Shown: positions 47,576 through 61,500, counted from the first letter of the stretch. The stretch: 64,000 nucleotides of DNA from Paraspadella gotoi (GCA_051294375.1 CM119271.1:7678162-7742161), one strand, 5' to 3'. Numbers and translations: made by a program. The notes: generated from the letters alone by a model not told the origin.

Positions 47576-50501
47576 TCTTACCCAAACTCTGGCTTTCATT
47601 CCCCCCCCACGAGTGCGTCTCCAGCACCCTCAAGTACCACTCGTACAATTTTTCGCCGGCGAGTTTGTCTCCGTAGCAGTCGTGAAGGAGCGTGGAAAAA
47701 CCGCTGGAGGAAAGGTAAGGGTGTGAATAACTTACTCAATTCTCTGATGTTTTGCAATAAATCAATGTGCTCAAGCCGAGAACTAATTTGATAAAAGAGA
47801 AAGAGAGACAGAGTGGGAGGGAGCTGAATATAAATTTAAAAGACAGGAAGAAATACTAACTAGTACTTACTAGAAACTTAATAACTAGAGAGAAAGAGAG
47901 AGAGAAAAAGAGAGAGAGAGAGAGAAAAGCCTTACTAATACTATCATGACCATCAAAAAAAGAAGGCCAGACAAACAAGCAGACTGAACAGAGCTCACGA
48001 GTTGTCCATATGAAGGCCAAAGGCCGTGTAAAAGTGATCGGGCACAACATCGTTGTAGAGGTTGAAGATCCTCATGGGTCCGGCCCAGTCTTCGCCGAAG
48101 ATCGTCCAAAACCCAGCATCGCTGTAATTGCGCCAGATGAAAGGCCAGGTGGGCTCATTACCCAGGGTCCCGGCTTCTCTAGAAATTTGGGAGAGAAGAG
48201 GTGGGGAAAGGGTTTCAATTAATTGGACGTTGACATAATTGAAACGGTTCTTCGGAAGTCATTATTAACTCCCGTATGAATTAATAAATTAGACTGCGAG
48301 ATAGTCTTGATTGTAAGATAGATTGAGTTCCTTAACTTAGGGGGCAAATAATCTCATATAATCTGTCAGATATTCATCGTTAAGTAAACTGAACTACTTG
48401 AGAAAGTTAATCTAGGTGGTTTTAAATAACAAAAAGCAAGCGACCCACCTACTTAACGAGATTTTACCTATCAACCTACCCTACTACCAACCTGTATGAA
48501 AGTCCCGTCAAAACCGGGATGAGATTCGGCCTCGTGTTGTCGCCGACTTTGTTGTAGCCGAAAAACTCGACGCCCCCGGATTTTTCGAGGAATTTTCGAG
48601 TCTTCGGCAGATGGCGTATGGAGTTGTGTCGGGAGGCTGAGTCGATGCCGATCAGGTGGACGCTGAAACGGGGGGGCGGGCTGGGGGAGGGGGGGAGTGG
48701 GTGGAAGGGGTTGGATGGAGGAGGTCGTTTGCTTGAGGATCGAGAGAACGTCCAATGACGATTGATTAAGCATAGCTTAATAATTAATTATTAATATTAA
48801 TAATTAATTATTGCATCGTTGTACCGCGCACGGGATAGTTTGGTAACGGATTGGAGAGAGTAACTGACGGAGAGAAAATGAAAAAAGAAAATGAACCCAA
48901 ATTGTCATAATTCTTTGTAATTTGAAATAAATTACACATTGAACCGTTACCGAAATTCAATTATGCATTCTGATTAATAATATATTGTGACTGTGATTCG
49001 CTTTGCCCCGAGAAGTTATGAATTCGTATAAGGAAATCAACATCGTTTTATCATACGAAATTGGGTTCTTCAATCCCATACGGATATTATAATTTATAGC
49101 ATAGGGAATAGCCGAGATTGAATAGATGAAAACCAAAATAAATATCCTGTGGCGGTATATTCACACCGTCTCACGTCCACCTTCCTACATCTAAATCCAT
49201 TGGCTCAGAGGGGGAACACACCATCCCAAGCGTAGTGTTCCATCCACAGTCCTAACGACTTCCCTCTGCGTTGGCAAAGCGAGACCGCGCCAGTGACTGG
49301 AGGCGTCACTGAGGGTCGGAAGCCCCCAAAGCCAACAGTGAGATGCCCCATCCCAATGGGCATCACAGGCAACCCAGCTGTTGCCATAATACCTCTCATC
49401 CTCTTTCTTTTTCTTCTTCTTCATCTTCGTCGTCGTCTTATCCACTCTCTTCTCCGCCGCCATCTTCGGATCCCTGAACCCAACCGGCACGAAGTTGACG
49501 AAGGCTTCCGCTTCGACGCCGAGCAAATTCCGGCGCCAACAGACGACGCGCGCGAAATCGGCGTCGACGGCGCGGCGCTCGTGCGGCGCGAAGGGAACCT
49601 CCGCGGCGCTGAGGAGTTTGGGATTTAAGGACTTGTCGAAACGGAGCGGTGTGAAGGAGCAGCGGTGAGGCGAGGTGAGTGAGTTTATGGAGATATAGTT
49701 GCCTTCGACCTTTTATGGTTGGTAGGGAGTTTTTGGGTATTGGGTTGGGTAAGGGCGGAACGAAATAAGAATGATGACCATTAGGTAATGTCTTAATAAT
49801 ATTAAAAAAAAATATGTAGAAATTAAATCTGAAGAATAAAAATAAAATCATAAAAATTAAATATTCTAAAAACATATAAAATACATATAAATTTGCAGTT
49901 TACATATGTCGGTCTCACGTGTTACATTTCCCAAAATACAGTAAAGAACGCATGTTTGTCGCATAGAAGTTTGTCTGACTGCTTACGCTATACAGTGAAG
50001 AGATTTTCAACGGGCAGAAAATTTCCTCGCCTTTTTTGCACTTCAGTAATTTTTAAATTTAAATAATTGTTTTCTCTTTCTCCAAAACGTTATTAAATTT
50101 AAACCAAAAACGTACTATCAAAGCAGCATATTCAATAAATCAATCAATTAATCAATCAATCAATCATCCGTCCCTCTCATCACCTTGACGTGAGTCTCCA
50201 CGCCGCGACATAACCTTCCCTCCTTCTTAAAGTCGAACAACGGCGCCAACGATTCGTCGTAAGGATCGAACTCTGGAATGACGCAACCGGAAGTGTTGAT
50301 GAGGACGCCGATTTGCGCCACGCGATCGTCCGAGGTGCGCCGGTAGACGAGCCGAATCACGTGGTCGTCGAAGAGCCGCCAGAGGAAGCGAAGGCGCGGA
50401 TCTTGGTAGGAAAACCAGAGGGCGCATGCGCAGAATAAACAAACGAACGCGTAGAGTCGATTTGGATTTCGAGAACCGAAATATTTGACGCGAGAAAGCA
50501 T
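45507..50501 (-). CDS. DUF229 family protein (alkaline phosphatase/sulfatase-like fold), about 733 aa, 8 exons
   Basis: Exons 50184-50501, 49393-49709, 48492-48662, 47999-48178, 47582-47703, 46978-47164, 46228-46752, 45507-45888 give one frame. Motifs GCVIPEFDP, LIGIDSASR, GYNKVGDNTRPNL, FIWRNY, SHD, FSDHGTRYG, LTTPYDLHETL, RTCASIGIPQQYCTC, KKICYC. Confidence 0.88.
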
Positions 50502-51265
50502 CGTTTTTTTGGCGCGATAAGTGGACGGAAGAGTTGGCTGCGCTCTGGAGACACTCGGATGGAGAGGAAGAGCTCGATGATGCGCTGGGGTAGGAGGGGA
50601 CGATTGGAAGACGCTTGGGCTGTCGACGAACAGATTGCGAGCTACTCTCCTTTTTGTTCTCTTTCAATGTCAATACTCATTTTTTGAGTAAAATTGAAAT
50701 ACCATAGTCGTTGTGTGTTTTATTTTTTATCAAGTAAATTTTTTTTATGAATAAAACGCACAAAATGGGATATATTTTGAAGCCTTGAGCAAATTTGCGA
50801 TCAACAGAGATTCTCAAGAACGTCAAGCTTAAATGGTACGTAGAGAACTGGGCTCTCATTTCTAACCGGTTTAGGCCCGCTTTGTTTTCTAATTGTCTTT
50901 GGGCCGCTTAGCGAGGAATACTTTCGGCCACGTTGCTCTTTAATGCAATAACATTGTTTTGTCCTTTCATCTATGTCTTGTTATTTTTTCATGTTACTTT
51001 CTTGTATTGTCAACACTGAAGTCCGAAGCATTGGAATATTTAGTACATAATATTAAGGCGACTTACCTCGGGCCTAAAATTTTTATTTAGAATTTTTTTT
51101 AATTTTGAGAATGGATTCGGATAAAGCTAAAAATGTTACTAAAACTATAGGAAAATTTTAATGATTAAAAATTATATCAGAGTCTGACAAAACAAATTTA
51201 AATTTAAAAAAAAAAATGTTCTTGTTATATACTATGGTGGACTAAAATCCACCAACCGTTCATCA

Positions 51266-51450
51266 GCGGCCATTGGTGCCGGAGGCAAGTCATTCGCCTC
51301 CCAACCCAAAGGTCCGGGTTCTTGCCCGGTGGCCGCCTAGCAGTTAAGAGGGGCGGGGCGCTTAACCCGCCTGTAACGCTGTGTTACAGCTGATCGAAGC
51401 TCAGGACTGCTTATATTGAACGGTTCTGTCACTAACATAAACAATTATCA
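51266..51450 (+). mobile_element. tRNA-derived SINE or tRNA pseudogene (Gly-CCC-like head at 51266-51337)
   Basis: Acceptor-like stem GCGGCCA/TGGCCGC, A-box-like TGGTGCCGGAGG, CTCCCAA loop, T-arm CCGGG-TTCTTG-CCCGG with a degenerate B box, followed by a GC-rich body within AT-rich DNA. Confidence 0.6.
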
Positions 51451-54400
51451 CTGTCTCTTCAATACGTAGTAATTTAATAATTTAAAATAGCGCGTATTTG
51501 TTCCGGAGAATAAATGTTAATTGTTTAAATTTTAATGATCTTTAATTTAACAATATTTATAGCGCACTTCTTCTACAGTATGATTTTTCTCGTTTGTAAC
51601 ATTTCGTGACAATATATCTATGCCACCGTAAAATTTAGAAAGATTAATGATAGTCGGTTTTGAAGGTCTCAGTTTGGCATTTTATATGATATATATTTCA
51701 ACATATTTGTAATGAGTCTTCTTTATTTAGGGACTGTATATTAAGAGGTGGTCAAATTTGAAACTTTATCAATGCAATTTTCCAATTTTTTTAATGATTA
51801 AAATGTCCTTAAAATTAAAGCGAAAATAAATATGAGGTAATGAACATTATCCCCTTTAAAATGAAATAAAATTTAGCAAAATACCACTGAGAGCTAAAAA
51901 ATGTAAATCAATTAAAAAAGTTGTTAAGCATTAATCATATTATTGTTCAATGCACGAAAACAAAAGATGTACCAAGTTTTAAAGTATAAAAAAGAGAATA
52001 TTTTATGTTACTCATTTAATAATTTTTTAAAATTTTATGTTAACTATTAATTTTTTAAATTAAAAAAAAATTCTAAAATCAGATGACGTTTTATACAAAA
52101 ATCATCTCCTTATTAATCTGAAAAGTTACTAAGCATCTAAGCATTAAACGAATATGAAACCTATATCACATTGAAGAGCAGACAAAATGCTACATTTTGC
52201 ATACTATACCTATTCAATTTAACTAAGTTTTGATTGGTTGTGACTAGTGAAACATTAAAAGGTAAAAAAATCAAAATTTGATCGACAAATTTGATGAGTT
52301 CATTGGGGCCTAGAAGTTTTATTAGAATTATGTAAAGATTGATTGAACTAAAAATTCCAGACGGCGGGCTATAAAATGAGACATAATTTAAGTATCTAGG
52401 GTGAAGGGACTCTCATTTATCGAGTGACGAGTGACCCATCCAATCGAAAAAAGCGTTAGTTTGGTCTGAAAAAAAAGATCCGAGACCAAACGTACGATTA
52501 TCATGCCAAAACCACAAAGTTATTTATTCTGATAAAAAAAAAGGATCGATTCATTCATTAGTCTGTTTCTTTTGGGACGCCTGGATTTTCATTCGCGGAA
52601 ATGTAATATCGGACGATTCCAACGCGCGGTTTCCAAACAAATCAAACGGCAGCTGCAGATGCCTGCATTTTCAGCCGCTACAGTCGAATGGTAAGTTTAT
52701 CGATGCAACGCTTGGCACGAGATACACGGTGCGAACAGGAAAATTCTCTCGTTGAGTCCAAGCTGAATGACTTATCAGGAATTTAAAATTTAGAATTTAG
52801 TCATTCTTGAAACTGAACTTTTTAAAAAAAAATTTTTTCCATATTCATTTAAAAAAAAAATAAATAAAAATATAGATTTATACCGAGTTTTTTTAATTTT
52901 ACCTAATTTCAACGTCTTTAACCAGTATTAGTTTTCCCTTGAATTCAATCAAAGAACAAAAAAGATGTGGGTTTATTTCGCTCGTTAAAAAAGAAACAAG
53001 TTTGAGCAAACAATGTCGGATCTGCCCACGATCATTATCGGTAATTAATTAATTAATAATTAAATTATTCAAGTTAATTAATTAATCAATTAGGCAATTA
53101 ATTAATTAATTTGATCTTTTCGTCACTAACCACGACAAAAGCAATGACGACGATGAGAATAATGCCAATAATGATTGACTTGTAAAAATGATTGACGTGT
53201 AAAAAATAGATTCCTAAAACCGTCTACTTCTTACGGGATAAAATTTTCGGAAATGTGATGACAAAATTCATTTGCTTCCCCGTGAGCCAAATCCGATGAT
53301 ACGAAATAAAAATTAATTAGACGTAAACTATACGCCAATAAGAAAAATTTATAGCACCAATTGAAAGAAAAATCATTGACGTTTTTAAAAAGTTCAAAAA
53401 ATTGCTTAAAAACGCTTTAAAACATTCTCAAAATGCTATCAAAACCTGTACAAAAAACTCGTCATCGCGAGAAAACAATTCTTCTTCATGGAGCAAAAAA
53501 CATTGTCCAAAAGCAGCTATAATTTTTGACCATTACAAAAGTCAAATGCTCATAACAACTTTGGTTTCTGCTTACAACCTTCTAGTTCTAAATCATCAAA
53601 AGAAAAAAAAAAAGATTTTAAAGTTGGAACCTCAGAATAGCTAAGGAATCTGATTTTTCTTGAAAAATTAAGGTAAAAAACTTTTATGCAGCGGATGCTG
53701 TGATTCACTGGTCACTCTATCGAGCTTCAACTACCAATTTTTTAATTGCCTTGCCATAAGTAGCCTGGCAAGCTTCCTATGGGACGGGTTGGAATATCTT
53801 TACAAAACCTTGGGAATATTACCTTGGTACCAAAATAAGAGATTTGAGATAGAACGATTTTTTTGTCTACAAAGCCCAAAGGTTCGTAATAAAAATCGGG
53901 TTACTCCAATATGCAAATGAGATTAACGTTTCACAGTAATATTTTAATTTAATAAAAACTTATTAATCTTATATACAAATTTAATAAATATAATAAAATC
54001 GAATTTAAAAGCTTGTATCTATACATAAGCACTCCTATTTTTTTAGTTTTTCACTCTAGGACAAGCTAATTATAGGCAGTGAATAGACATCTTAGTCTTG
54101 CCAATAATCTTTTAGCACAAAAAAGCAGTCTTGGAAATTGCTTAGTCAGCGAGCTAGAATTATTTGAATAAAGGCTGGAGTATCATTTTTTCAGGAACCA
54201 AGAAGTTTATGGACTTAGTAACGGGCAAAAAAACACCAATATATCTGTAACACTGCCTTAAAAAAATCTGAGTAAGTCTATCTCGACTCAGTAAAGTAAA
54301 GATTGTGGTTTCTTTTGTATCATCGGATTTGGCCCACGGAGTATCATCTCCCAAACCAAAGGAATAATACATACAGTACTTTTGTACGTAGCCCTTTTGT

Positions 54401-55047
54401 CATTTTCCTACCGACCGAGAAAAAAAGTTAACTACTAATCTTAAAATGATCAATAAGTGAATTAAACACTAACGAATTTATCGAAAATTATTTCCAGTAG
54501 CTTGATAAATAATAATAAAAAAAAAACTTTCTAACTTGGCTCAACCAATCGCAGTCAGCGTTTGAACAAAGAAAACGAAATAAGATTTCGAATCGATAAC
54601 TTTTTTTTTTAATCTATTTTTTTTTATGACGGAAGGGCCAAGGGGCGGGGGGTATGCCGTCGGGATTTTTGTTTCTCTCGAAGAAATAAAAACCGTGTGA
54701 AGGTAACAAAAAATGAGCGAAAGAGGGCGGCAGAAAAAAAAAAAAAGATAAACAAAAGATCGATTGTGACAATTTTTTTCATTTAAAAAAAAAAATATAT
54801 AAAACGACTAATAAATGAAATAAACGAACGTACGATTTTAATTTACTCATCAACACCGACAGTGGGCGTAACGAAAGGAAGAAAAATACAACGAGATTGA
54901 AGCGCGCTGAAGTACAATGGTCTTTTTTGTTTTTGTTTTTTTTTTTATTTGTTTGTTTTTTATTTTCTATGAAGCGAAATGACGACGAAAACAATTAACG
55001 AGTAAAATAGAAAGTGATCGGGAGAGAGAGATAGAGGTAGAGACACA

Positions 55048-55104
<57 letters not shown>

Positions 55105-55384
55105 AAAATAACTCGATGGGGAGAGAAATACTACATCCCCCATGTAAATGTGTGTAACGAGTAAACATTGCGTGAGATTTTTGTTTTGTTTTATTGTTAT
55201 GTTTGTAAAGAAACATTTTTTTTTTCGGTCCAGCCTTCCTCCACATCGGAGGCCGAAGCCAAAACCCAAACCCAAACTCCAATAAAAGAAACTCAGGTCG
55301 AAGAGGCCAAGTCTGTGGCCTGCATCGCCTGCAGCGGCGGCAGCTGCGGCAGCGGGGGCGGCGGCAGCGGCGACGCAGTAACTT

Positions 55385-57197
55385 TCAAACGGTGGTGATG
55401 GTTTCTGTCGATTCGTTGAGCGCAACTTGAAGCTGCAATCTTTGACCCTTGGAGGGCGAAGAGGGAAACAGAGAGGGAGCGACTACGACGCCCTCTCTCG
55501 GAATCGAAAACGGCGGACCGGCGTCTCTTAGGGGCGTGGCTGGTGCGCCGAAATTGGCGCCGACTTGTTGCGCCGTCGAGGGGGCGTACTGGAGCGAGGA
55601 TTGGCGCGGCGGAGGCGCCACCTGGCGAACGGCGGACGGCGTCGCGGAGTCGGTGACGCTCAGGAGCGACATCTGTTCCGGCGGGGGATTGTAGACGGGG
55701 TACTGGGGATTGTGTGGTTGTTGTTGTTGTTGGTGTTGTTGTTGTTGTTGTTGTTGTTGTGAAGACAGCTGCTGGCTCATTATTTGTTGCGGTTTTACCT
55801 GAGAAAGGAATAGTGAAGTTTCAATTTAAATCGCTTAATGTGATAATTTTATCAAACAGCGATCATTAATTATCGTCTTATCCAAGTAAAGCTGAAACTA
55901 GATAATGACATTATCTAGTTTCAGCTTTACTTGGATTGGACGTTAATTTTTTGGGGTCTAATTAATATACAGGAAGATCTCTGTCTGAGACAGCGATAAC
56001 CGAGTAAGATGTTAATTCAATAATAAAAAAAAAAGGGATTTAATTTTGACAAAAACCAGACTCACCTGTGAGTGAAGCAACATTCCCCTGGAGTCCCGCT
56101 CCAGTTCAGCATTGAGTTGCGAATACAGAGAATTGTAGGACATCATCTCTCCTCCTCCTCCTCCTCCTCCTCCGAACTCCAATCGAATCCCTTCATCTTC
56201 CAGCTGCTGCTGCTGCGCCGATGGACTTTCCCCGAACCCGTCTCTGCGCTGCAGCAGCATCGACGCTCGGGCGCGGAAGTCTTCGTCGCGCCGAAGCATC
56301 GAAGTCACGCCGTCGACGCCGCTCGAGTCGAAGTCGCCGCGGAGCAGCTCCGCGGCGTTTATCGACGTGGCAGCGTCCGGCGCTGCTTTGGAGTTGCCGA
56401 CGCCGCCTTCTACGTAGCCGATCGGGACGAAGGGCGACTCCATCGACATTCTCGAGTCGAGCGACGACGCAGATGCCTCAGTCGGCGCGGTCAGGTGCAG
56501 CAGGGGATTGGTCTGCAGCCGCAACTCCTGGAAATCCGAGGAGGCTGCGTCGGAGAAGCGAGAGGCGACGGAGATGCCCGACGTCATCGACGGACTGGAG
56601 AAGTCGTCCTCCAGACAGGAAGTCGAGGAACCGGCCAAGACGCCCGTCGTCGAAGCCTCCAAGGCGCCCGGGAGGAGTTGAGAAAGGTTGACGAAGTTGG
56701 TCGTCGTCGTCGTCGTCGTCGTCGCGGTGGGAAGAGGAAGAGGAGGATGAGTGAGGATGGAACCGTCCGTCGCAGAGAAGACGGCGTCGGCGATTCGCGC
56801 CGGCGCCAGGGGATGACCGGGGACAGCGGGAAGACCGCCGCCGACCCCGCCGACGCTTGAGGTCGCCATGGCAACGGCGTTCGTTGCGTCCGCGTCGCCA
56901 GATAGCAATCTATGGGCGCCGAGAAGTTGACTCGGCGCTGCCAGGACGTCGTGAGTTTGCTGCTGCCGCGGCTGAAGAGAGTATTGCTGCAGTTGCTGAT
57001 GCTGCAGCGAGCTCGGCTGCAGCTGGGAGAATCGAGCGTCGACGGCGGCGGCTGCGGCGGCGGCGGCACGGCGGCTGCGGCGTCGGCGGTGGAGAGAGGC
57101 TGCGGAGGCACGGAGGAAGAGGAGGAGGAAGGGGAAGCGTCGTCGAGGTAGTCGGGCGCCGGGATGGCGAAGGGGAATCAGCGGAGGCGACGGAAGG
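55385..57197 (-). CDS. Last two exons of an unidentified gene (Ser/Ala/Gln/Pro-rich low-complexity tail ending in ...ETITTV*)
   Basis: Exons 56066-57197 and 55385-55798 join in frame (CAG|GTGAGT ... CTCAG|GTA), with GC3-rich codons and a polyQ tract. Upstream exons presumably lie beyond the retrotransposon. Confidence 0.6.
55880..55936. repeat. Perfect palindrome with 28-bp arms and a 1-nt loop, intronic
   Basis: ATCCAAGTAAAGCTGAAACTAGATAATG-A-CATTATCTAGTTTCAGCTTTACTTGGAT. Confidence 0.92.
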
Positions 57198-57347
57198 CTG
57201 CGGAAAGGAAAGGGGGGTGGTGTTGGGGAAAGGGGGAGAAATGGTTAGATAAAAAGAAAAAAAGAAACCAAACAAAAACAAACAAAAAACATAACACGCA
57301 ACCAAAAAAAAAAAACTAATAAAAAAATATTAACAAACAAACATAAC

Positions 57348-57645
57348 ATCGCAGGAGTATCAAGCCACCAAAACGAATCGGATCAAGCGAAATGGAATCG
57401 CCGAATCCTGATTGGTCAAGCACGAACGGAATCGACCAATCAGCTTGCAGAATCATTGAATTGTAAATTTTACCACGTTGCCGATCCTCTTCCAAGATAT
57501 AAATAGACTTAGCTTGTTCTAGTTTCAGTAGAATTGATCAAGACTCCTGCGCGCGTCTCACCGTCACCTTTATTCTCAGAATAAAACCTCTTCTTGATTT
57601 CGTCATAGAAATCCATGAGTTTTTCCTTAAATGTGGTGACAGGAC
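57348..57645 (+). promoter_or_regulatory. Putative 5' LTR and primer-binding site
   Basis: Opposed CCAAT boxes (about 57410 and 57436), TATAAATA at about 57498, AATAAA at about 57580, and a PBS-like TGGTGACAG at 57634. No 3' LTR is present in the window to confirm the ends. Confidence 0.55.
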
Positions 57646-58549
57646 TTCTGGGCAAAACTCACCACTCCTCCGAGAAGCCAAAGCCACAAGCAACCACGCC
57701 ACCTCAAATGGATCCCGCACCCTCAACCTCCACTGACACCCGGGCTGGGGCAGATACCACCACCTCTCCAGCACCAAAAGGAATCTGGACGGATTGGCGA
57801 GATCCAGACAAAACGACGCCGAAATCCGATTTCGGCGATGGGACACGGTAGCAGTTGCGACGACGACGACTTGGTGCGCACTTTCAACATGCCGCCCGAG
57901 TTAAAATAGCAGACTGACGACGAAGGATGGCATTATTGCCAAACAGATCATGCAAATCGTAAATGAAACAAACTTTCACAATCAACAAAAATTTGACACG
58001 TATTGCAGAAGAAATAAAGACCATGGACACAAAAATAGGTGCCATGGATACAAGATCGAACCATGGACAAACACATGGTAACAGCCGACCAGAACTGGAC
58101 ACGATCATCGCAGCCCTCCGAGGCGGGAACACACTCCTCAAACAGCGCCCCGCACCAGCGTCAATCTACCCTGCACTCCCCAATGGACGACACAACTTTC
58201 AGCTCACCCTCACCCATCGATAAAGTTAGCCAACCCCCACGACGACGTGAGGTCCGAGACGGCCGTCAGCGAACCGCCTGGATACACGCCGTCTGAACGC
58301 CCTCAAGCTTGAAAAGAGAGAAAAGGAGCAAACGCCTGAACAATACTTACGAAACTTTTACCAGGCTTATGTTATAAGGACTCAACTGCGTCGCCTAACA
58401 AGATAGACGAACAACTTCGCGCCATCCTAGCACAAGACAAAGAGGCCGCGAGGTTCACGATTGAACTCAACGGCAGTCGATGGCTGGGATTACGCGCAAT
58501 CTTTGAATCGTCATCACTCTCGATCGCCGAGGCCGACAAATTAGCCACC

Positions 58550-61500
58550 TTGTCGGTTGACCCAGCCGTCCACTCGAGATACGGAGTTGCGTTAGTGAAC
58601 GAAGCTCTAGAAAAATATGAAAATGTCCGAGAAAAAGACAAACCGTCCATCCCAGACTACGCAGCACAGCTCCTCGTCAAAAGCCTTGAACCATACATGC
58701 AAGGCATTACAACGAAAACTCTTGAATGGACTTACTTTCTCGAACGACAACAATACCTGGAGCTTGGCAGGGAAATCGAGTACCGTCTCAAAGGTTACCT
58801 AACCAGCGGGTCAAATAGCGAAAGGATAAGAAAAGTCGTCAACACTGTCTCCGACGACGATAAAGAAAAACTCGTAAATGCCCTCGTCACCAAAGGACTC
58901 ACGGATCAGGATCCAAACAGCAGCGCAACAGCCTTTTACCAAGGCACGATGCTGCAAGAACTGAATAACGTCAGCGAGACCATTAAGGAGATGAGAAAGC
59001 AGTTAGGAAAGCCGAATCGCGCACGAGAGGACCAGCGATTCGAACGACGCCGTGATGACCGCCGCGACGACCGCCGAGACGATCGCCGTGACGAACGCCG
59101 CGACGATCGCCGTTACGACGACCGACAGAAAGACGGAAAACGCTTCGATAAGAACTTCAGCCAAAGAGGAGGCTGGAAAGGAGGTTGGAAAAACGAAAAA
59201 GGAGGACGTAACTGGCGCGACGACGACAGAAAGGGAAAACGTTTCTCAAAGTTTGGGAAAAGGAGGGATATTGTTTGCTTAAACGAAGACTTAGAAAATG
59301 ATTCTGCCGATGATGAAATGTTCGTTCTTAATAAAAACAATTTTCATTATTCTCGCGTAATTGATAAACAAAAAACAAAAGCAGAAGCCAGCCGTAATCA
59401 GCTAAAACAAACATATCAAAAGCTTGGAAAAAAGGTAAACGCACTAGAAACAGAAGTCAATGATAAAGAAAGAGCAAAAAGGATAAGAAATCTAGCAGAT
59501 ATTGCAAATGGTTTCAAAGGAAAATCTACCTCCGCCAGGATGCACAAACTCTTGAAACCTTTAACAAAAAACGAACTGATTCTAGTAAATAAACTCGTTC
59601 ACCAGATGGGATGGAAAGACTGGGACAAAGCCAACGACGCCGAAAAAAGAGCCAAGATCAACAGGTCCAAGGCTTGTGCCAAGCTGGTAAGACGATCCCA
59701 TCGTCGGGAGGAAAACAAACAAGAAACACCTCCCCCCCTCTTTTCTCCTCCTCCTCCACCCTCGCCACCTCCTCAACAAACAAACCGGGTAAACCCAATG
59801 AGGAGAAAAGAGCGATTGGGCCTCAGAAAACTAAAACCTACTGGGGGAACCGACAACCCAACCTACAGCATAGTGGCCGGCGAACACAACGGAGAATCTC
59901 TTCACCAGGCTACTATACGCAGAATAGAGCTAGAAATACACGATCCAGAAGTGTACCTACAGCCATCTCCATCTGCCGAAACCACAAAAGATGAAAAGGA
60001 AATCCCATCGCTCCCCACTGAGATAAAACTAAGAAACATTTCTCCAACGGAAGGCCCTGCTCCGCGTGACGACACGGGAAACTCCCTACACACCGGTAAA
60101 AACAGCTACATACCGGCAGTCATAGCGGGAGCACCAGCAAGCTGTCTTTATGACACAGGAGCCTCGATAAACACAATTCCTCGGAGATTTATTGAAAAAT
60201 GGGGCCTTGCCAGAGAAATTTACCATGGCAAGCCTCTGAAGCTCTCGACCGCCACCGGAACAATTACCTTAACGGAAATGATTAACATCAGGATCATGTT
60301 CCAAGCGTGGGTACTGAGGACAACATTTTATATATCAGCCGATGAAAACGACCAGGATATCATCATCGGCACGGCCGTCACTAACCCTGGCCCACACAAA
60401 GAGATGTGGGTAGTGCAGCCATCCACATCGAGAAAAGATCTTCTGATAGCGGCGATGGATGGAAAACCAGTCACACATCTCTTTCAAGAGAAGCATGAAG
60501 CTTTGAAAGCCGCGAGATGGTTGGCAAGGAGAAACGTCGACGATCAAATTTGTCTCCCGCTTCACGTACAAAAAGATTGTGATAACAAAAACTGGTTAAC
60601 TGCAGATAAAGCTTACTGGAAGACGCTAGCCGGATCTAGATGGATTATCCAATCAACTGATGGACAAAGGATCCATGTCGCTGATGGCGATAACCTCAGA
60701 GAAGGTATCGAGGTTGACGACCAACCAGGACGATGGGGAGAAGCTTTTCTTTTAGTCACGGCAGAGGCAAAGTCTGATTTAGGTCTCGAAACCAAAAATA
60801 CAGCGGAACCAGTACAAGCAGACTTATCGGGAAAAAAACCACTGCTTCGAAAAATAAGAAAAGATAACATCCCAGCAACAACGATCGTTCGTCATGAGCC
60901 AACTGAAGAAGAGCTCGAAGCTGTAAAAAAGGCAAGACAAGCTCGAAAGGACAAACACGATGCGAGAGGAAAGGAAGCATTTCTCAAACCTTTCAAGGAC
61001 GTGGATCCCACACTGGCCGATAAAGCCCCCCTAGTATGGGATATGGTGTGGGAATTTAGAGACGTTTTTGGCGAATCTATCAACGATTGCAAAGAAGGCT
61101 TCCTTAATTACAAGGTGGATCTTGGCTTTACCGAAGAGGATCTACCCAAACCCCGCTTCGTTAACCAAGGACCTGTAAAAAAAGCAGCTCTAAAAAGGTA
61201 CTTGGAAGTTTATGAAAATGCAGGAATAGTGTCAAGAACAAAAAACGAGGCATATTCCAATGCATTTCTAATCAAAAAGCCAGGACATGTTGCCGAAGGA
61301 CAAGATGAAATGTCCGATGAAACCTTTGCAAAACAATGGAGATTAATCTGCGATTTATCAGCAGTCAACAACAATATTTCTACCTATGCAACCGAACCTC
61401 AAACTATTGCATCAATCCTCGAGCAATACAAGCCTCATGAACTACAATGTTCCCTCGACATCCTAGCTTGTTTCCACCAGGTGAATCTCACCGAAAAGTG

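Noticed and set aside
51266-51337. Functional tRNA-Gly gene
   Set aside because: Mismatched anticodon stem, a 6-nt T-loop lacking TTCGA, and no downstream poly-T terminator.
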